DNA of 63,986 nucleotides, the filler included, from Hausera hauseri (lineage: Eukaryota): NCBI GenBank assembly GCA_046269625.1. It is 11 parts of 11 records of this genome, joined end to end, with 100 filler letters (N's around TTAATTAATTAA, not from the genome) between each part and the next. Parts side by side here need not be neighbours in the genome. Positions count along the whole stretch, not along the records: positions 59,661 to 63,986 come from JBJURY010633775.1; 10 more parts are not named here. One strand, 5' to 3'. The notes beneath the pieces were generated by a model, which was given only the letters and a program-made list of their open reading frames with translations, was not told the origin of the DNA and ran no database searches. Position 1 is the first letter of the stretch. Each line of letters starts with the position of its first letter. This document shows, one piece after another, positions 61,299 through 63,986 of this stretch. The position numbers and the translations under genes are program-made.

Positions 61299-63070
61299 GA
61301 AACTTGATAAATGGAAAATTGTGGCCAACCTGCAACATCAAAAACTCTGGATTCAATTGCAAAGTGTAGAAAGTGAACCAAGATTCTAGCATAACCAGAT
61401 CAGCCGAAAATACTGGCTTGCCGAAACTTGTCCCAAAGCAATTTAGTGGTGCTATTACAGATCTTATTAGCCAAAGCGTGTCGTTGTTCTAATGGCAACT
61501 TGTTGCTGAACAGTGATAGTGGCACTATCTCTTCAGTTAGATACCACAGGTGCATTTTGAATGCTCCAATTGCACTATTAATGCCTACTGCATTCATGAT
61601 CTCGTAGCGCAATAGATTCTAACACAGTTGCAGATTATTCTAGGGGCATCAAATGCAAAACTGCAAGTCATCCACCAACGGCTGTATATGAATATCAAAA
61701 GCCTAACGAAGTCGTTGATTTTGGTGTTTGCAATAACGTTATGACAGTTTCGTTAGGTAGCATTTCAAACTGCTTCTCAAACAGGCAGAGTTTGATTGAC
61801 TTTGTGAAGATCACTTGGTCTCTTCAAAGTGACTGGTTTGTCAGACATTTAATCATCAAAGATTACTTTACACATTTCTACAAATTCTCGGTAGTCATTT
61901 CTGCACAGTGGCAGTTCCGAGTGTACAAGCCCAAAAACTTTAATTCTCCAGGTTAAGCAAACATTGTGCTGTCTCACTGTACACAGTCGAATCGAAGAGT
62001 GACAATGGTTCGTGTGGCAGTTGATCAAAGTTATTGTGGAACCTCAAAAACAGTGTTACTTTTGGCGACTTTGAGTCTTCAATCTTGAGATCGGTGAATA
62101 CACGGGATGTCAACAGGCTAACCACAAAAGTGTTCGATTAAGTCGTTAGAAGTCCATTATTCTTTACAGGTGCTTGTTATCTTGCAACCAACTTGGCGCC
62201 TAGCCTTATCTGCTGTCGAGTAAGACGAATAAACTTTAGATGGATCGCCTACAGCTTCTGTAATCAGTGCTTCAATGTACACAGCTTTTTAACCTGGAGA
62301 AATTTTTAGCCTCGTTGCTACTGCTACATGTATTGGTCGCCGCAGTATGTGTGATACAATTGAAACTGTTGTTCCAATACGGGCAGCTCGATGAGAAATC
62401 TTCAAATTGTTGGCCGTCGGGCTTTATCCAGATTACAGAAGACAATCACAATCACTATCAGACTCGTTCACCGCAGCTACATAACTACTGCTGAAAATTT
62501 CAGTTACAGTAATGGTTTCAGCAGACACCTTAGTTAAATTCAGTCACTTGCAGCTTTTGACTTCTCATGTTCATTCCGACGTTGAATGTTTGATGCTAGC
62601 ACCATGTCACAAGACCCAAATGTTACAGACCGATCTCCTTTCACTGAAAGCAGAAACTTGAGATCTTCCGGATTCTTGTTGAATTGCTCGGCATGTCTTC
62701 GTCAGTGTATCTTTCATCTGCTTCTCCTCTAAAGCGAGGCTTCAGTTGATCGGCGATTGAAGAGTAAGGCTCTGAGTTTGGCATTAACTTCTAAAAGTTG
62801 GATCATGCTTTCACATGCTTTGCACTCTGATATCATAGTAATATTTGTTTTCTCATAGATAGGCACTACTTTTGACAAGACAAGTTTTGACTGCCACTTC
62901 GATTGATTTTTCGATGCACCGTCTATTAAATTAATCGTCAAACAGTGCAACACTTGCCAATTTGTTGGAAGACACGCCCTTCTGATCATCGAGTCCTCTG
63001 CTGTAATGACATTACCCAGTCCAAAAATATCAGTCGTAGGCCGTGTTTTTCGAACGGATTTCTGACTTGA
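61299..63070 (-). mobile_element. Decayed DNA transposase, hATm-like
   Basis: LPTNWQVL..IYEKTNI, LKIEDSKSPKVTLFLRF, KSIKLCLF, FIYSRWWMTC..DAP*NNLQL, HLWYLTEEIVPLSLF. Many stops and deletions. Superfamily call is from motif memory. Confidence 0.65.
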
Positions 63071-63986
63071 AACTAGCGTTTCTGGTTAAGTAGCAGTTGT
63101 TGCTGCTGTTGGTGTTGTCGGCACAGATTGGGTGACAAGATTGACAGTTGATGTTGCTCTTGGCCGATGATTAGTTGATGGAACATCTGGAGTGGCTCTT
63201 TGTTTTGGATCACAGCTATCTTCAACCTCAGAAGACCAGATTCAGCAAGGGTACTTTCCGCGGGCATAACATGTGAAACACAATGCATGAAATATAGGAA
63301 ATTGAACAAATAAAATCAGAATATTTGACAATTATGTATTGAATAGCAGATTTAATTATTAACAAAAATAACGTTTAAGGAATCAAAACTCAAATTAATG
63401 TACCGAAATGTAAATGAAAAGACATCATTTCTGCCAGTAATTAAATAGATCGATGACCAATAAAAATAATATGATAGCTAATTAACTATGGTAGCACAAA
63501 ATTAATACGCTAATGTTTAAATGTTTAAAAATTGTTTGAGACGGTATTCAAACAAATATGGATGAATATTTTATAGAATAATTATTCAATGTTCAAGCAA
63601 GAATAAATTAAATAAGTAAATAATAGAATTTCACTGACAACGGAAATCCTGCCTTCGTCTGTAAGAATCACTTTTCCTCAGAAGTCCACCAGAATTTTGG
63701 ACTATTTCCTTACAAAAACCAAACACATTTGCTTGTGTCGTTTTGTCAAAAGCAGCTTAACCATTAACCAGACAGTAAACCGATAAAAAATGTAACATGA
63801 TTAAACGGGTTAGACATGCTAGACCCATTAAGTATACTACAACCTTTTGTCCATTTTTATGATATATTGCTGCCTACAGAAGTTGTCTTTGGCTTCCTTA
63901 TCACAGAAAACCTTGGCATTGATTCGATTTATTCCTTATTCATATTCCTTACAGGGTCTATTAGACCAAACCCGTCTTCAGCCGGG

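Noticed and set aside
63800-63986. Possible piggyBac-like terminus (gggt...gaccc palindromes, ends in GGG)
   Set aside because: The window ends before a TTAA or partner TIR can be seen.

Overview
This is not a continuous locus. It is 11 short contigs joined by artificial 100-bp spacers (44 N + TTAATTAATTAA + 44 N), so adjacency across spacers means nothing. The DNA is eukaryotic (AT-rich, 30-50 nt introns, animal-type gene fragments) and almost entirely decayed mobile or viral DNA. The main result is a giant Ty3/Gypsy-type LTR retroelement family seen in three diverged, partly overlapping copies (16341-25410, 36809-43786, 43887-48744). Together they suggest one long reading frame: Gag(CCHC), a ~1100-aa unknown region with a ubiquitin-like domain and an AT-hook, an internal signal peptide plus chuvirus-type glycoprotein (Env), aspartic protease, and the start of RT. 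A C3HC4 RING finger ends the element at the PPT/LTR. Env therefore lies between nucleocapsid and protease. A second notable item is an intron-containing, decayed CRESS-DNA-virus-like Rep (HUH + SF3 helicase; 5799-7288) next to degenerate BRSK/SAD kinase and AP-2 mu gene fragments. Also present: Polinton/Maverick pieces (pPolB copies, terminal repeats, and an ATPase-integrase-2x penton-core-MCP block), a Gypsy integrase with a long coiled-coil tail, a solo LTR with a 5-bp TSD, mariner and hATm-like relics, Helentron-like tandem repeats carrying tRNA-like cassettes, and a 5.7-kb (GAAC/GAAA)n satellite. All family assignments come from motif recognition by eye; no searches were run.
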